A program made the translations under genes and the position numbers. Shown here in pieces: positions 32,287 to 42,349 of a DNA stretch of 64,000 nt (positions are counted from its first letter, which is position 1; every line of letters begins with the position of its first letter). Under the pieces are notes generated by a model. The model worked only from the letters and a program-made list of their open reading frames with translations, did not search any database and was not told the origin of the DNA. The DNA is from an uncultured Chloroflexia bacterium (GTDB taxonomy: Bacteria > Chloroflexota > Dehalococcoidia > UBA2979): positions 416,001 to 480,000 of the forward strand of contig CAVSIV010000006.1 of NCBI GenBank assembly GCA_963728205.1. The letters are read 5' to 3'.

Positions 32287-32499
32287 GTGTTCTATGTGGA
32301 CGGCGACTCGGGGACGGCGTACGAGCCGAAGGCGCAGTACACGCCGGCGAACGTCGCGATGGGCGCCACGACCGTCCTCTTCACGGGCGGCACCGGTCTC
32401 AGCCTCTCGCCCAACGGCCGCAGCATCGAGTTCTCGCGCACGGTGCCCGAGGACGACGCGGACATGCCGGGCGCCTGGGTGGCGACCCTTGCGTACTGA
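32287..32499 (+). pseudogene. Orphan C-terminal fragment of a propeller gene
   Basis: LSLSPNGRSIEFSR..GAWVATL* with no signal peptide. Confidence 0.45.
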
Positions 32500-32512
32500 G
32501 CGGCGGCGCCGC

Positions 32513-34342
32513 GTGCGGTACGCGGGAGCAATCGCGCTCGTCGCAGTCGCGCTGACGATCGCCGGCTGCACCCGCCCGAGCGACGCAACGCCGTCCGCCA
32601 CCGCGTCGCCGCTCGCCTCCCCCACGGCGTCCCCGCCCGCCACGGCGTCCGCGACGCCCGCCGTCGTGACGCCCGCGACCCTGCCGGACGGCGCGGCCGT
32701 CTTCACGCGCCACGTCTTCGGTCCCGGCAACGCCCTCGACGCCGCGCAGGGGGCCGCGGTCGTCGATGCGGCCACCGGTCACGGCGAGCTCTGGCGGCTC
32801 GACGACTCGCTGCTCCCGCAGACCGCCACCGTCGCCTACGCGTGGTCGCCCAACGGCGGCGCGCTCGTCGCACAGGCCTTCGGCGCCGAGCGCGCCTACG
32901 CCGTCGTGCTCGTGCGCGGGCCGGGCGCCGCGGTCGAATGGAACATGCTCGACTGGCAGCTCGCGGCGGGCCCATCCGACGCCGGCCTGATCCTGCTCGC
33001 CGCGAACCGCGCGTGCCGCTATCTCCTCGTCGACATCGCGGCGACGCCGCCCCGCGCGAGCGAGGTGCGCCCGTTCGGCGACTGCATCGACCGCTCCACC
33101 ACCGGCGGCGTCTTCTCGACGACCGGCTCGTCGCTGCTCGTGGTGAACGGGGGCGACGTCGCCGTCGTCGACACGTCGACGGGCGCGGCGCACGAGGTGG
33201 ATCACGCCCCCGTCGTCCTCACGCCGTACGCGCTGCCGGACGGCGGCTTCCTGGCCGTGCGCGCGACGGGTGCGCACGACGCGCAGCCCGTGCGCGTCTT
33301 CGTCCGGCGCTACGACGCGAGCGGCCGCCCGGCCGGCGCGACCGAGATCCCCGCGTCGCAGCCGGACGTCGAGGTCGAGCACATCGTGCCGTCGCCCGAC
33401 GGCCACGCCATCGCCTGGCAGCAGAGCCTGCTCCCCGCCCCGCTCGGCTCCGGCGGGCACGAGCTCTGGCCGGCCGTCTACGTCGCCGACGTCGCCACGG
33501 GAGCGGCGCGCTTCCGCGCCGTCCGTGCGTCGCTCACCAACGGCACGCTGGAGATGCGATGGCTCGCCGACTCGTCGGCGGTCGTGGTCGACACCGAGGA
33601 CAGATTCGCGGCGCTCGGCGTCGACGGCCGTCTTTCGTCGCTCCCCTTCCCGCCCGCCGATCACTTCGCGCCCGTACCGCTCCCGTCGCCGGTCGACACC
33701 AGCCGCTTCCTGTACGACGGCCGCGTCGTCGCCGCCGACGGCAGACCCGCCGGCACCGCATCGCCTCGGCCACGTGGGGACCCGCGTCGCACGGCGTCGC
33801 GTCCTCCGGCTGGAGCGCCGACGGCACGCATCTGCTGTTTCGCCGCAGCGCGTCGCCCGGCACGGACTACGGCCCCGGCGGGCTGGCGACGCTCGGACTG
33901 CCCGCGCGCATCGACGTGCCGCCGTACGCGACCACCGTCTCGCTGCGGGTCACCGTTGCGACGCCGCTCCGCGCCACGCCCGCCGCCGACGGTACGGTCG
34001 TCGGATCGGTGGGCGCCGGCAGCGTCGTGACCGTCGACGAGCGGCGGGACGAGCAGGCGCGCTCGGAGGCCGGCAAGCCCTACGGCACGGCATGGTGGGT
34101 CGCGGTCGTGACCGCCGACGGCGCACGCGGCTGGAATCCCGAGCGGGACGTTCGCGTGGGACGGCGCGGACCGCACCGCCGCGCCGACGAGCGGGACGCC
34201 GTGGTCCGCGAGCGACTTCGTCTCCGCACTGCGGCGCGACGGGATCGACGTCGTGCCCGGCGGGCAGCTGTTGCGGTGCCGCGAGGACGCGGGACTGGCT
34301 GTCGATCCGCTCGTCGACACGTTCGGGGGGCTGCAGCCGTGA
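32513..34342 (+). CDS. Propeller lipoprotein with C-terminal SH3-like segment; frameshifts near 33765 and 34140
   Basis: Lipobox IAGC; AWSPNG, PSPDGHAIAW, WSADGTHL; PLRATPAADGTVVG..WWVAVVTADGARGW; TGA overlaps the next GTG. Confidence 0.65.
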
Positions 34343-35277
34343 CGGCTGCTCGACGGGCACCGCGGCTTCGGCGAGCCGCGGTATGCGCCGGCCTGTGCCT
34401 CCTGCTCCTCGGCGGGTGCGCGCGCCCCGCGGCGCGACCGTCACCGACGTCGTCGTCCGCGGCGAGCGCGACGGCCACGAGGACGGCGACTCCCGCGCCG
34501 GACGTGACCGCGACCCCCGCGACGTCGCCGTCGCCGTCCGCCGCCGCGACGCGCACGCCCCTCCTGCAGGTGTCGGTCGGGGGCGACTGCCTCAACCTCC
34601 GCGCGGCGGCGTCCACGGACGCGCGCGTGCTCGCATGCCTCGCGGACGGAACGCTGCTCGAGCATGACCCCGGCACGACCGCGGGCGCGCCGGCAGGCTG
34701 GGCGGCCGTCCGCACGCTCGACGGCACGGCGGGCTTCGCGAGCAGCGATGATGTCGCTCCGCTCACCGGCCACCCCGCGCTGCCGGCGCTCACCGGTCTC
34801 GCCGACGTCGACCCGATCGTGGAGGCCGTGCGCGCGGGCGATGTCGACGCCCTGCTCGCGCACGTCCGGTACACGCGCCGGCCCTGCAGCGACCAGCCGA
34901 GCTACGGGCTGCGATGCGCAGCGCTCGGCGTGCCGTCGGGGACCGAGTTCGACGTGATCTCGGTGGGCAACTGCGACGTCGGCACCGTGACCGCGGACGG
35001 CGTCGCCGAGTTCGCGCGGTCGTTCTTCGGCCCGCAGGGCGCGACGACCTTCGTCGGCGCGTTCGACACGCCCGCCGGCGAGCGCGTGGCGCTGTTCGCG
35101 GTCGGCGCGCGCGGCAACGCCGGCGCCGCCGCGCCGATGGGCGTCTTCCTGCACGACGGCGGCATCGTGCAGCTCGGCGGCTTCTGCGGGCAGATGCCGG
35201 GCGCCGGCTGGATCGACCACTGGCTCGTGCGACCGGAGCAGCTGGGGTACGACGTGACGAGCGGGCAGGCGCGGTAG
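34339..35277 (+). CDS. Lipoprotein with SH3b domain and Cys helical module
   Basis: Lipobox LLGGC; DCLNLRAAASTDARVLACLADGT..GWAAVRTLDGTAGF; TGLADVDPIVEAVRAGDVDALLAHVRYTRRPC. Confidence 0.8.
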   Translation: MTAARRAPRLRRAAVCAGLCLLLLGGCARPAARPSPTSSSAASATATRTATPAPDVTATPATSPSPSAAATRTPLLQVSVGGDCLNLRAAASTDARVLACLADGTLLEHDPGTTAGAPAGWAAVRTLDGTAGFASSDDVAPLTGHPALPALTGLADVDPIVEAVRAGDVDALLAHVRYTRRPCSDQPSYGLRCAALGVPSGTEFDVISVGNCDVGTVTADGVAEFARSFFGPQGATTFVGAFDTPAGERVALFAVGARGNAGAAAPMGVFLHDGGIVQLGGFCGQMPGAGWIDHWLVRPEQLGYDVTSGQAR

Positions 35278-35326
35278 GCGCCGCGCAGGCGGCACCGGGA
35301 ACGCGCGTGCGTTGCCCGCCCGTCGA

Positions 35327-35353
35327 CGCATCTGATGCGCCGCCCGCTATCTT
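35327..35353 (+). promoter_or_regulatory. Palindromic operator and -10 box of vapBC
   Basis: cgcatctgatgcg palindrome; TATCTT 7 nt before ATG 35361. Confidence 0.55.
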
Positions 35354-35360
35354 CACGCAC

Positions 35361-35591
35361 ATGCCACGCACGACGATCGACATCGACCCGGCAGTGCTCC
35401 GAAGGCTGAAGGAGCGCAAGCGTCGCGAGGGCAAGACGCTCGGCCAGCTCGTCTCCGAACTGCTGGCCAGCGCGTTGCACGAACCGGCGGCATCCCCGGC
35501 GCGCGAGTTCAGCTGGACATCGCGTCCGATGGGCGCTCGCGTCGACCTCGAAGACAAGGAAGCCGTGCGCCGCGCGCTGGAGCAGCGTTGA
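35361..35591 (+). CDS. vapB: VapB-type RHH antitoxin
   Basis: MPRTTIDIDPAVLRRLKERKRREGKTLGQLVSELL..VDLEDKEAV. Confidence 0.88.
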   Translation: MPRTTIDIDPAVLRRLKERKRREGKTLGQLVSELLASALHEPAASPAREFSWTSRPMGARVDLEDKEAVRRALEQR

Positions 35592-36022
35592 GCTTCACCT
35601 TCGACGCGGCCGTCCTCCTCTACGCCTCCGACGAGGCGAGCGCGTACCACGAACGGGCGCGCGCCTTTCTCGACCGCGTGGCGAGCGGCAGCGAGCTCGC
35701 CTACGTGTTCTGGCCCACCGTGATGGCCTACCTGCGCATCGCCACGCACGCGGCGATCTTCGAGAAGCCGTTGCCGCCGGCGGACGCGCTCGCCAACGTC
35801 GAGCGCCTGCTCGCCCTGCCGCACGTGCAAACCGCCGGCGAGCAGGACCGCTTCTGGGAGTCGTACCGTCGCGTGACGCGGGAGGCCGAGGCACGCGGCA
35901 ACCTCGTGCCGGACGCCCACATCGCCGCCCTCATGGTCGACAACGGCGTGCGCACGATCTGGACGCATGACCGCGACTTCCGGCGCTTCGCCGACATCGA
36001 AGCGCGCGACCCGTTCGGTTGA
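35588..36022 (+). CDS. vapC: PIN-domain toxin VapC (mycobacterial-type)
   Basis: FDAAVLLYA..YLRIATH..GNLVPDAHIAALM..IWTHDRDFRRF; TTG start overlaps the antitoxin stop. Confidence 0.92.
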   Translation: MSFTFDAAVLLYASDEASAYHERARAFLDRVASGSELAYVFWPTVMAYLRIATHAAIFEKPLPPADALANVERLLALPHVQTAGEQDRFWESYRRVTREAEARGNLVPDAHIAALMVDNGVRTIWTHDRDFRRFADIEARDPFG

Positions 36023-36106
36023 GGCCGGCCATGGCAGCCCCGTACGCGCGGAACCCGAGCGACGGGGCCGTCGTCTGGTCGCCAGGCTGAAGCACGGGGA
36101 GCACGC

Positions 36107-36532
36107 GTGACGCAAGGGTCAACACGCACCGCGGTGGTCGTCGGCTGTGCGTTCCTGGCGCTCGTGGGGTGCACGGCCGGTTCGCGAACCGCCTCGCCGA
36201 CGCGCCGCGGGTCAGCCGCGCTGCCTGCAACGGCCACCTCGTCCGCGACCGCAACGCCGACAGACGCGGCCGCGACGACGTCCGGCTTCCCGCCGCCGAC
36301 GGTAACCCCCGCCGCCAGCCCATGCCCTGCCCGACCTTCCAGCCGCGCCGAACGGCCAGGAGGCGTGGGCGCGGACGCGGGGGTCTCTCCCGTATGCGGG
36401 CGAGCCGATCCGCGTCCGGTGCGTCGCTCTGCCGCGACCGCCCGCCGCCGGCGCCGCCCCACATCGACGCGCGCGGCTACATTGACGGGTGACGGCGTGG
36501 GCCCCGCGCCGCCGCCGAGGAGCTGCACATGA
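36107..36532 (+). pseudogene. Short or frameshifted lipoprotein gene
   Basis: AFLALVGC lipobox and T/P linker, then no coherent domain. Confidence 0.45.
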
Positions 36533-38040
36533 CGCGAAGCCGCGCCGCCGTGGCACTGCCCGCCGCGGCATTGCTCATTGCGCTCCTCGTCGTCGGAAGC
36601 GCCTGCTCCACGCGCGGCGCCGGCCCCACCGCCACGCCGACCGTGACCGCGACCGCGGCCCCGACGACCGTCGCCACCCCGGTCGCGACCCCGACGCCGA
36701 CACCCACTCCCACGCCGGCGCCAACGATGGTCATCACCGGCCCCCGCGACTTCCTGCAGCAGCCCTTCGGCATCGCCGTGATCGACCTCGCCGCCGGTCA
36801 CATGTACCCAATCGTCGGCTTCGACGGCGGGGCGGAGGTGGTCTCCGCGGGGCGGCTGATCGCGCTCTTCGTGTCGCAGGCCGGGGGCGAGGCGCTCTTC
36901 GAATGGAGCGGCGCGCCCGTGATGCCGAAGATGACCCCCACGCTCCCGCGGCCCGTCGCGTGCGTCGCGGTGAGCGGGCAGCCGCCGATCTCGCGCGTCG
37001 CCGGCGCCCGGTACGACATCCCCTGCGGCGTCTTCTCGCCGACCGGCGACCGCATGCTCTATCACCTGCCCCCCCTGCCCGCTCCCGGCGGGACGCAACA
37101 TGCCCACGTGCTCGACGTCGCAACCGGCGGCTCGACCGCGATCGACGCCGCCCTCCTCGCGTGCGGTGGCTGCGGCGGCCGCGCGCAGCCGGCATGGTCG
37201 CCGTCGGGCCGCTACGTGCTCGACCCGGAGAGCGACGAGAGCGCGAAGGGCGGTCGTGTCTTCCTGCTCGACACGAAGACCGCCCACGGCGAGGTCGTCG
37301 CGACCAGCACCGTGGGCGCCCGGCCCATCGTGGAAGCGGGGCAGGCGCCGTCGTGGGCGCCCGATCGCGACGCGCTCGTCTTCCCGAAGGACGGCGCGGT
37401 GCACGTCGGCGACCTCGCGTCGGGCGCGGAGAGCACGATGGACGACGCCGTCGCGTGGCCGGCGCGCTTCGACGCCTCGGGGCGCTTCGTCTACGCGCAG
37501 GCGGTCGCGACGCCGGCGCCCACGCCCCGCGCGACGACGACAGGCAGCGGCACCCGTACGCCGACGCCCCCGACCGCCACCGGCACGCCAACCGCGACTC
37601 GAGCCCCCGCGGCGACGCCCACGCCACCCACGGGCCCGACCGTCGTCATCGCAGATGCCCGCACGGGCAAACTCGTCTCGCAGCTCCCCGGCATCATCGG
37701 CGAGCGGCCCTTCGCTCCCGAGCAGGCGGTGGGCGCGAACGCCGAAGGCCCCGTCGCCGCGCTGACCGGCGTCGAGGGCTGCGCGGGCGTCGTGATCTAC
37801 GCCCGCGCGGCGACCGGCGGCCGCTGCTTCCCCGGCGCCGCGCGGCCGGCCGTCTCGCCGCAGGGACGCGTCGCGTTCAGCCGCGCGTCCGGCGGCGGTC
37901 GTGAGATCGACGTCGTCGACCCGGCGACGCTCGAGGCGCATCGCGTCGCGGACGGTCCCGCCGCCGCGGCGCCGCTGCTGCTGTGGTCGCCGAGCGGCGA
38001 GCAGATCGTCGTCGCGTGGCCGGGGCACTACGGCGAGTGA
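36529..38040 (+). CDS. TolB-like beta-propeller lipoprotein with CGGC motif (paralogue of 29768-31204)
   Basis: VGSAC lipobox; CGVFSPTGDRMLY; VLDVATG; CGGCG..PAWSPSGRY; WSPSGEQIVVAWP. Confidence 0.8.
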   Translation: MTRSRAAVALPAAALLIALLVVGSACSTRGAGPTATPTVTATAAPTTVATPVATPTPTPTPTPAPTMVITGPRDFLQQPFGIAVIDLAAGHMYPIVGFDGGAEVVSAGRLIALFVSQAGGEALFEWSGAPVMPKMTPTLPRPVACVAVSGQPPISRVAGARYDIPCGVFSPTGDRMLYHLPPLPAPGGTQHAHVLDVATGGSTAIDAALLACGGCGGRAQPAWSPSGRYVLDPESDESAKGGRVFLLDTKTAHGEVVATSTVGARPIVEAGQAPSWAPDRDALVFPKDGAVHVGDLASGAESTMDDAVAWPARFDASGRFVYAQAVATPAPTPRATTTGSGTRTPTPPTATGTPTATRAPAATPTPPTGPTVVIADARTGKLVSQLPGIIGERPFAPEQAVGANAEGPVAALTGVEGCAGVVIYARAATGGRCFPGAARPAVSPQGRVAFSRASGGGREIDVVDPATLEAHRVADGPAAAAPLLLWSPSGEQIVVAWPGHYGE

Positions 38041-38108
38041 GGTCGCGGGGCGCCGGTACGATCGGTTGGGGACGAGCGGGTCGGGAGCGTAGTAGCAGAG
38101 GAGGAGAC

Positions 38109-38639
38109 GTGAACCGACGCGCGTACGAAGTGCTGCGTGCTGGCGCTCCCTACGTCGACCGGCAGGATCACCGCGGCCGCGCGCTGCACCTCGACGCCGG
38201 TGGGCGGCTGTGGGGCTGCGCGCTCGGCGCGATGGCGATCGCGATGCGGGGTGACCCGGCCGGCGCGCGCCGCAGCCGCGCCTATCTCGCGGCCAGCCGC
38301 GAGCGGTACTGGCAGCTGCTGACCGCCGCGCCCGACGCCGGCCGCCCGTGCCCGGGCCGTGGCCGCTGGCCGTGGCGCCGCTCGCGCCGCAACTGCGACC
38401 GCGTGAGCGGGCTGGCGAACCAGGTCGCGCACCTCAACGACCGCCACGGCTGGTCGTTCGAGCGCATCGCCGATTGGCTCGAGCGCGACCACCCGGACTG
38501 GGAGGTGCCGGTCGAGTCGCCCGCGGTCGACGGCCCGACGCTCGACGTGGCCGTGCCCGACGGCGCCTCGGCCGCGCCGGCGCTGCCCGCCGTCGGCGAG
38601 CCGCGGGTCGAGGCGCGCGAGCCGGCACTGGTCGGCTGA
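38109..38639 (+). CDS. Hypothetical protein with phage-like C-x-LG..LND..SF..IAD motif
   Basis: RBS gaggag; GCALGAM..AHLNDRHGWSFERIADWLE. Confidence 0.6.
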   Translation: MNRRAYEVLRAGAPYVDRQDHRGRALHLDAGGRLWGCALGAMAIAMRGDPAGARRSRAYLAASRERYWQLLTAAPDAGRPCPGRGRWPWRRSRRNCDRVSGLANQVAHLNDRHGWSFERIADWLERDHPDWEVPVESPAVDGPTLDVAVPDGASAAPALPAVGEPRVEAREPALVG

Positions 38640-38688
38640 GCCGAAGACACCCGCGCCCAGCGCATAGCGGCGGCAGGCTCGGCCCCCC

Positions 38689-38782
38689 CCACAGCGGCGG
38701 CAGACATGCCGCCGACAGCACGCGGACGCAGTCCGCGGCTGGCGCCGCGCTTCTGTCGGCGGCATGTCTGCCGCCGCTGTGG
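38689..38782 (-). repeat. Nested-palindrome extragenic element, copy 2 (opposite orientation)
   Basis: ccacagcggcggcagacatgccgccgacag-spacer(revcomp)-ctgtcggcggcatgtctgccgccgctgtgg; outer ggctcggcc/ggccgagcc extends the stem. Confidence 0.9.
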
Positions 38783-38811
38783 TTGGCCGAGCCCGCCGAC
38801 TGAGCGCTGCA

Positions 38812-39512
38812 CTACCGCATGCGCAGCGCGACGAGACGGCCGCCCGCGGCGACCAGGATCTCGTCGCCGGCCGCGGCGAGCGTCGTGAAGTGCTGCATCG
38901 CGCCGACGTCGCGGCGGACCCGGACGGCGCCCGTCGCCGGGTCGAGTGCGTAGAGCGTGCCGGCGCCCGGGTCGGTCACCCACACGGCGCCGCCGGAGAC
39001 GGGGCGGATGTTGCCGCAGGGCAGCGTGCCGGCGTCGACGGGCGGGCCGAGCGACGCCTGCCAGCGGGGCGCGCCCGTCGACGCGTCGAACGCGTAGACG
39101 TGGTTGCGCTCGGTCGCGACGACGACGACCCCGCCCGCGACGACCGGCGACGCGTAGACGTCGCCGTCGAGCGGGTCGCTGCGCCAGGCCGCGTCGACCG
39201 CGGAGAACGACGCGGGGCCGCCGGCCGCGGCGCCGGTGCGCGCGAGGTTGCCGTGGTAGGTGGGCCAGTCGGCGGCGGCCGCCGCGGCCGCGGTCGCGGT
39301 CGCGGTCGCGGTCGCGGTCGCGGTCGCGGTCGCGATAAAGGATGTGCCGCTCGCAACAGCCGTGCCGGTGCGACCGGCGACGCAACCGCGGAGGCGGCCG
39401 GTTGGGCCGCCGTCTGCGTTGCTGTCTGCTCGCCGCGCCCCGAGCACGCGGCGACGGCCGCCGCGATCGCGAGCGTCACGAACAGGACCGTCCGCCGCGC
39501 CGGCGTGTTCAC
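38812..39512 (-). CDS. PQQ-like beta-propeller lipoprotein, short (probable internal deletion); frameshift near 39350
   Basis: Lipobox VAAC; DWPTYHGNLARTG; VYASPVVAGGVVVVATE..VYAFDASTG..W; LYALDPATG. Confidence 0.65.
39290..39331. repeat. Hexamer microsatellite (gcggtc)7 encoding an Ala-Thr linker
   Basis: Seven perfect copies counted. Confidence 0.9.
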
Positions 39513-40213
39513 GCATCGACGATAGCGATGCGCGGCCGCCTCGGAGCGAGCGTCTGCGCGTCGCGACCCGCCCACCGGCGACGAGGACGAGCGCGAGCGC
39601 CACCGCGAGCCCGGCGCCCCTCGCCGAGCGCCGAGCGACGACGAGCCCCGCGCTGCCGGTCGGCGACGGAACGACGCCGGCCGACCGCAGCCGGTCGGAC
39701 ACGCGCGCGACACTCCGCTGGACCTGGGGATCGCCGGGGCCGTCGCCTCGGGCAAACACCCCGGGGCCCGACGATGCGAAGGTCCCGTCCCCGGCGCGGG
39801 CGAGCCCCAGCACCAGGTACTGCCCGGCGGGACTCTCCTGGAACGCGCCGCACGGGCCGCCCCCAGCCACCCACATCAGGCCGTCGGGCGCCGCCTTCGG
39901 GATCGGGCGTGTCGAGCACCACCGCGCTGGCCCCGTCCAGCACGGCGATGTCGGAAGGGCCCGAGCCCTTGAGGTAGCGGTCGACGCGGACTTCCACCCG
40001 CAGCATCGCGAAGTGCCCGGCGAATGCCTTCACCTCCGGGTGCTCGAGCTCCGGCACGCGGCGCATCGACGTGACGCGGCCTGCGACAATCACGTCCGAG
40101 GACAGCACCGGGTCCGGCCCGCCGCTGCACGCGAGCGCCGGCGCGGGCGGCGTCCCGGCGAGCGCCAGAAGCGCCAGCACCAGGGCCACGACCGCGGCGG
40201 TCGTCGCGTGCAT
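39509..40213 (-). CDS. Secreted TIMP/NTR-like protein with C-terminal PxTGxAG-TM-basic anchor; frameshifted
   Basis: ALACS..SDVIVAGRV..VDRYLKG..C..GQYLV; ends PSPTGSAGL..GAGLAVALALVLVAGGRVATRRR; true stop unclear. Confidence 0.55.
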   Translation of the reverse strand: MHATTAAVVALVLALLALAGTPPAPALACSGGPDPVLSSDVIVAGRVTSMRRVPELEHPEVKAFAGHFAMLRVEVRVDRYLKGSGPSDIAVLDGASAVVLDTPDPEGGARRPDVGGWGRPVRRVPGESRRAVPGAGARPRRGRDLRIVGPRGVCPRRRPRRSPGPAECRARVRPAAVGRRRSVADRQRGARRRSALGEGRRARGGARARPRRRWAGRDAQTLAPRRPRIAIVDA

Positions 40214-40263
40214 GTGTCACCCCCTGAGTCACGCCGATCTTCTGCGCGACTCGGTCCTCGTCG

Positions 40264-41464
40264 CTACCGGTGCGCGAGCAGCGCCTCCACCGAGGCCGCC
40301 GCCGGGTCCGCGAACCACGTCGCGTCCCCCACGAGCCGCACCTGCAGCACCTTCCCGTCGACGCGCGTCTCGATGTCCCGGTACAGCGCGGCCCACGTGT
40401 CTGCCGTCTCGAAGATCGGCGTCACCGCGTGCAGCCGCTGCACGAGGATCGACTCGTTCGCCTGCGCTGCCTGCCTCGTATCGTGCGCGAGCCAGAGCTC
40501 CGTGTACGGCACGCCGTCGGTGCCGACGCCGATGCCCCAGCCCGCCACCGCCCACGGCTCGAGCAGCGGCGCGTTCGCCGACCACGCTTTGCGCACTCGC
40601 GCGGCCAGATCGGACGCGGCCATGCCTCTCCATCCGGTCCCGATCCGCGGCCGATGGCGCACGGTCGGTGATCACCGCGGCGACGACGCCTGCGCCGTCC
40701 ATCGCGCGCGCGATCGCCGCGTAGCCGGCGTCGCCGGCCAGCAAGCCGCGGCCCGCCTGCGCGTCGAGCATCGACTCGATGCCCCCGGACCACAGCGCGT
40801 GCAACACGAAGCGGTCCTCGACGGCGATGCGCCCGCCCCGGCCGAGCTTGTCGCAGGCCGGCAGCGCGAAGCGCGGGCCGGCGCCCATCTGCATGTCGCC
40901 GCCCCACGCGTAGTAGGTCCGTCCGTCGTGCTGCTCGCGCTGGGCGGGCTGGCAGCCGTCGCACTGCGCGAGCCTTGCGTCGACCGCGGCCGGGTCGAAG
41001 GTGCCGCGGATCGCGTCGAGGGACCGCACCGGGTTCGTCCCGGCGTGCACCGACTGCTCGACGTCGGCGAGCCCGATCCCGATGGACTGCTCGAGGTTCA
41101 CCCCGACGCGCGCGAGCTCGTGCGTGTCGCGCTCGTAGCCGAGGAAGGCGAAGCCGGCGCTCAGCCCGAGCGACGGCACGCCGGAAACGTGCGTGACGTA
41201 GTCGAACGCCGCCTGCTCGCTCGCGAGCGTGGCGGGCGGCGTGGCCCCGGTGAGCGCGCGCAGCGCGGCGGTGTCGCGCAGCACCACGGCCGCGCGGTAG
41301 TCGGGCTGGTCGGGGACGAGGGCGAGTAGCGACGCGAACAATCCGCGCGCGGAGCCGCCGCCGCGGCCGCAGGCCGCGCTCGTCGCCACCGCCGCGAGCG
41401 CGACGAGGACGGCGCCGAGGACGAGAGCGCGCCGCCGGCCGAGGCGCGCGCGTGCGGGAACCAT
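40264..41464 (-). CDS. Lipoprotein of unknown function; frameshift near 40650
   Basis: LVLGAVLVALAAVATSAAC; continues into ORF 40264..40662. Confidence 0.65.
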
Positions 41465-41526
41465 CGCGGGCAGCCTAGCGGAAAGCACGCGGAACGCGCG
41501 GCGATCATCTGTGGCGCGCGGGGTGC

Positions 41527-42237
41527 TCAGTGGCGGCCGGCGAGGTCCGTGGTTCCGGCGTCGACGGGCAAACCGCGCGCGGCACTCTCGTCGACCACCC
41601 GCGCCAGCCGCGCCGCAAGCCCCTCGGGGTCCAGCGCGGCGAGCCCGGTCCGCTCGACCGCGTCCCACGAGCCGCGGAAGTGCCGACGCGTTGAGAAGCC
41701 GATCGCGAGCGCGGTGGCGACCTTCGCTTCGTCGAGCGCGTGACGCGCCGCCTCGTGCGATCCGATCGCGTCGAGATGGCGAGCCCGATCGGCGAGCGCG
41801 ATCGCGCCCGGGAGCACCCCCCGTGCGCGCGCGTGGAACTCCGCGTCCGGCGTCCGCGCGAGCAGCGCGAGGTGCGCCTGCCGCAGCCGCTCGTGCCAGC
41901 CGTGCGGATCGTAGAGCGGAAGCGTCGTCAGGTACTGATCCGCGTCGACCGGCCAGCGCGAGGACAGCTCGCCCGCGAACGCGAGGTACTCCTCCGCGCT
42001 GATCACGCCGAAGTCGACCACGATGCCCCGCACGCGCGCGGCCGACGCGGGCGGCCCCTGGCCGGGCCGCTCGGTCACTACGACGAAGTCGACGTCCGAC
42101 CCATCGTGGTCGTCGCCGAGCGCCAGCGACCCGTGGACGCCGATGGCGTGCACGACGGCGCGGTGGCGATCGAGCACCGCCTCGGAGAGCTCGCGCGCGA
42201 GGGCCAGGCGCGGGTTCGGCTCGGTGGCGGAGTGCAT
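41527..42237 (-). CDS. Kanamycin nucleotidyltransferase (ANT(4')-I)-like nucleotidyltransferase
   Basis: AIGVHGSLALGDDHDGSDVDF (GS..DxD) and WPVDADQY..LPLYDPHG resemble KNTase AIGVYGSL..SDIE and WPLTHGQF..LPIYD. Confidence 0.7.
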   Translation of the reverse strand: MHSATEPNPRLALARELSEAVLDRHRAVVHAIGVHGSLALGDDHDGSDVDFVVVTERPGQGPPASAARVRGIVVDFGVISAEEYLAFAGELSSRWPVDADQYLTTLPLYDPHGWHERLRQAHLALLARTPDAEFHARARGVLPGAIALADRARHLDAIGSHEAARHALDEAKVATALAIGFSTRRHFRGSWDAVERTGLAALDPEGLAARLARVVDESAARGLPVDAGTTDLAGRH

Positions 42238-42349
42238 TGGTCGAGCGTAGGACTTCGCCCCGGCCGTCGGTCGTTCGCGAGGCGGCACCGCGCGTCGCGG
42301 TCGACGCCGCACTCGCCCGCCACGCCCACAACCGTCCTACGCTCCACCG

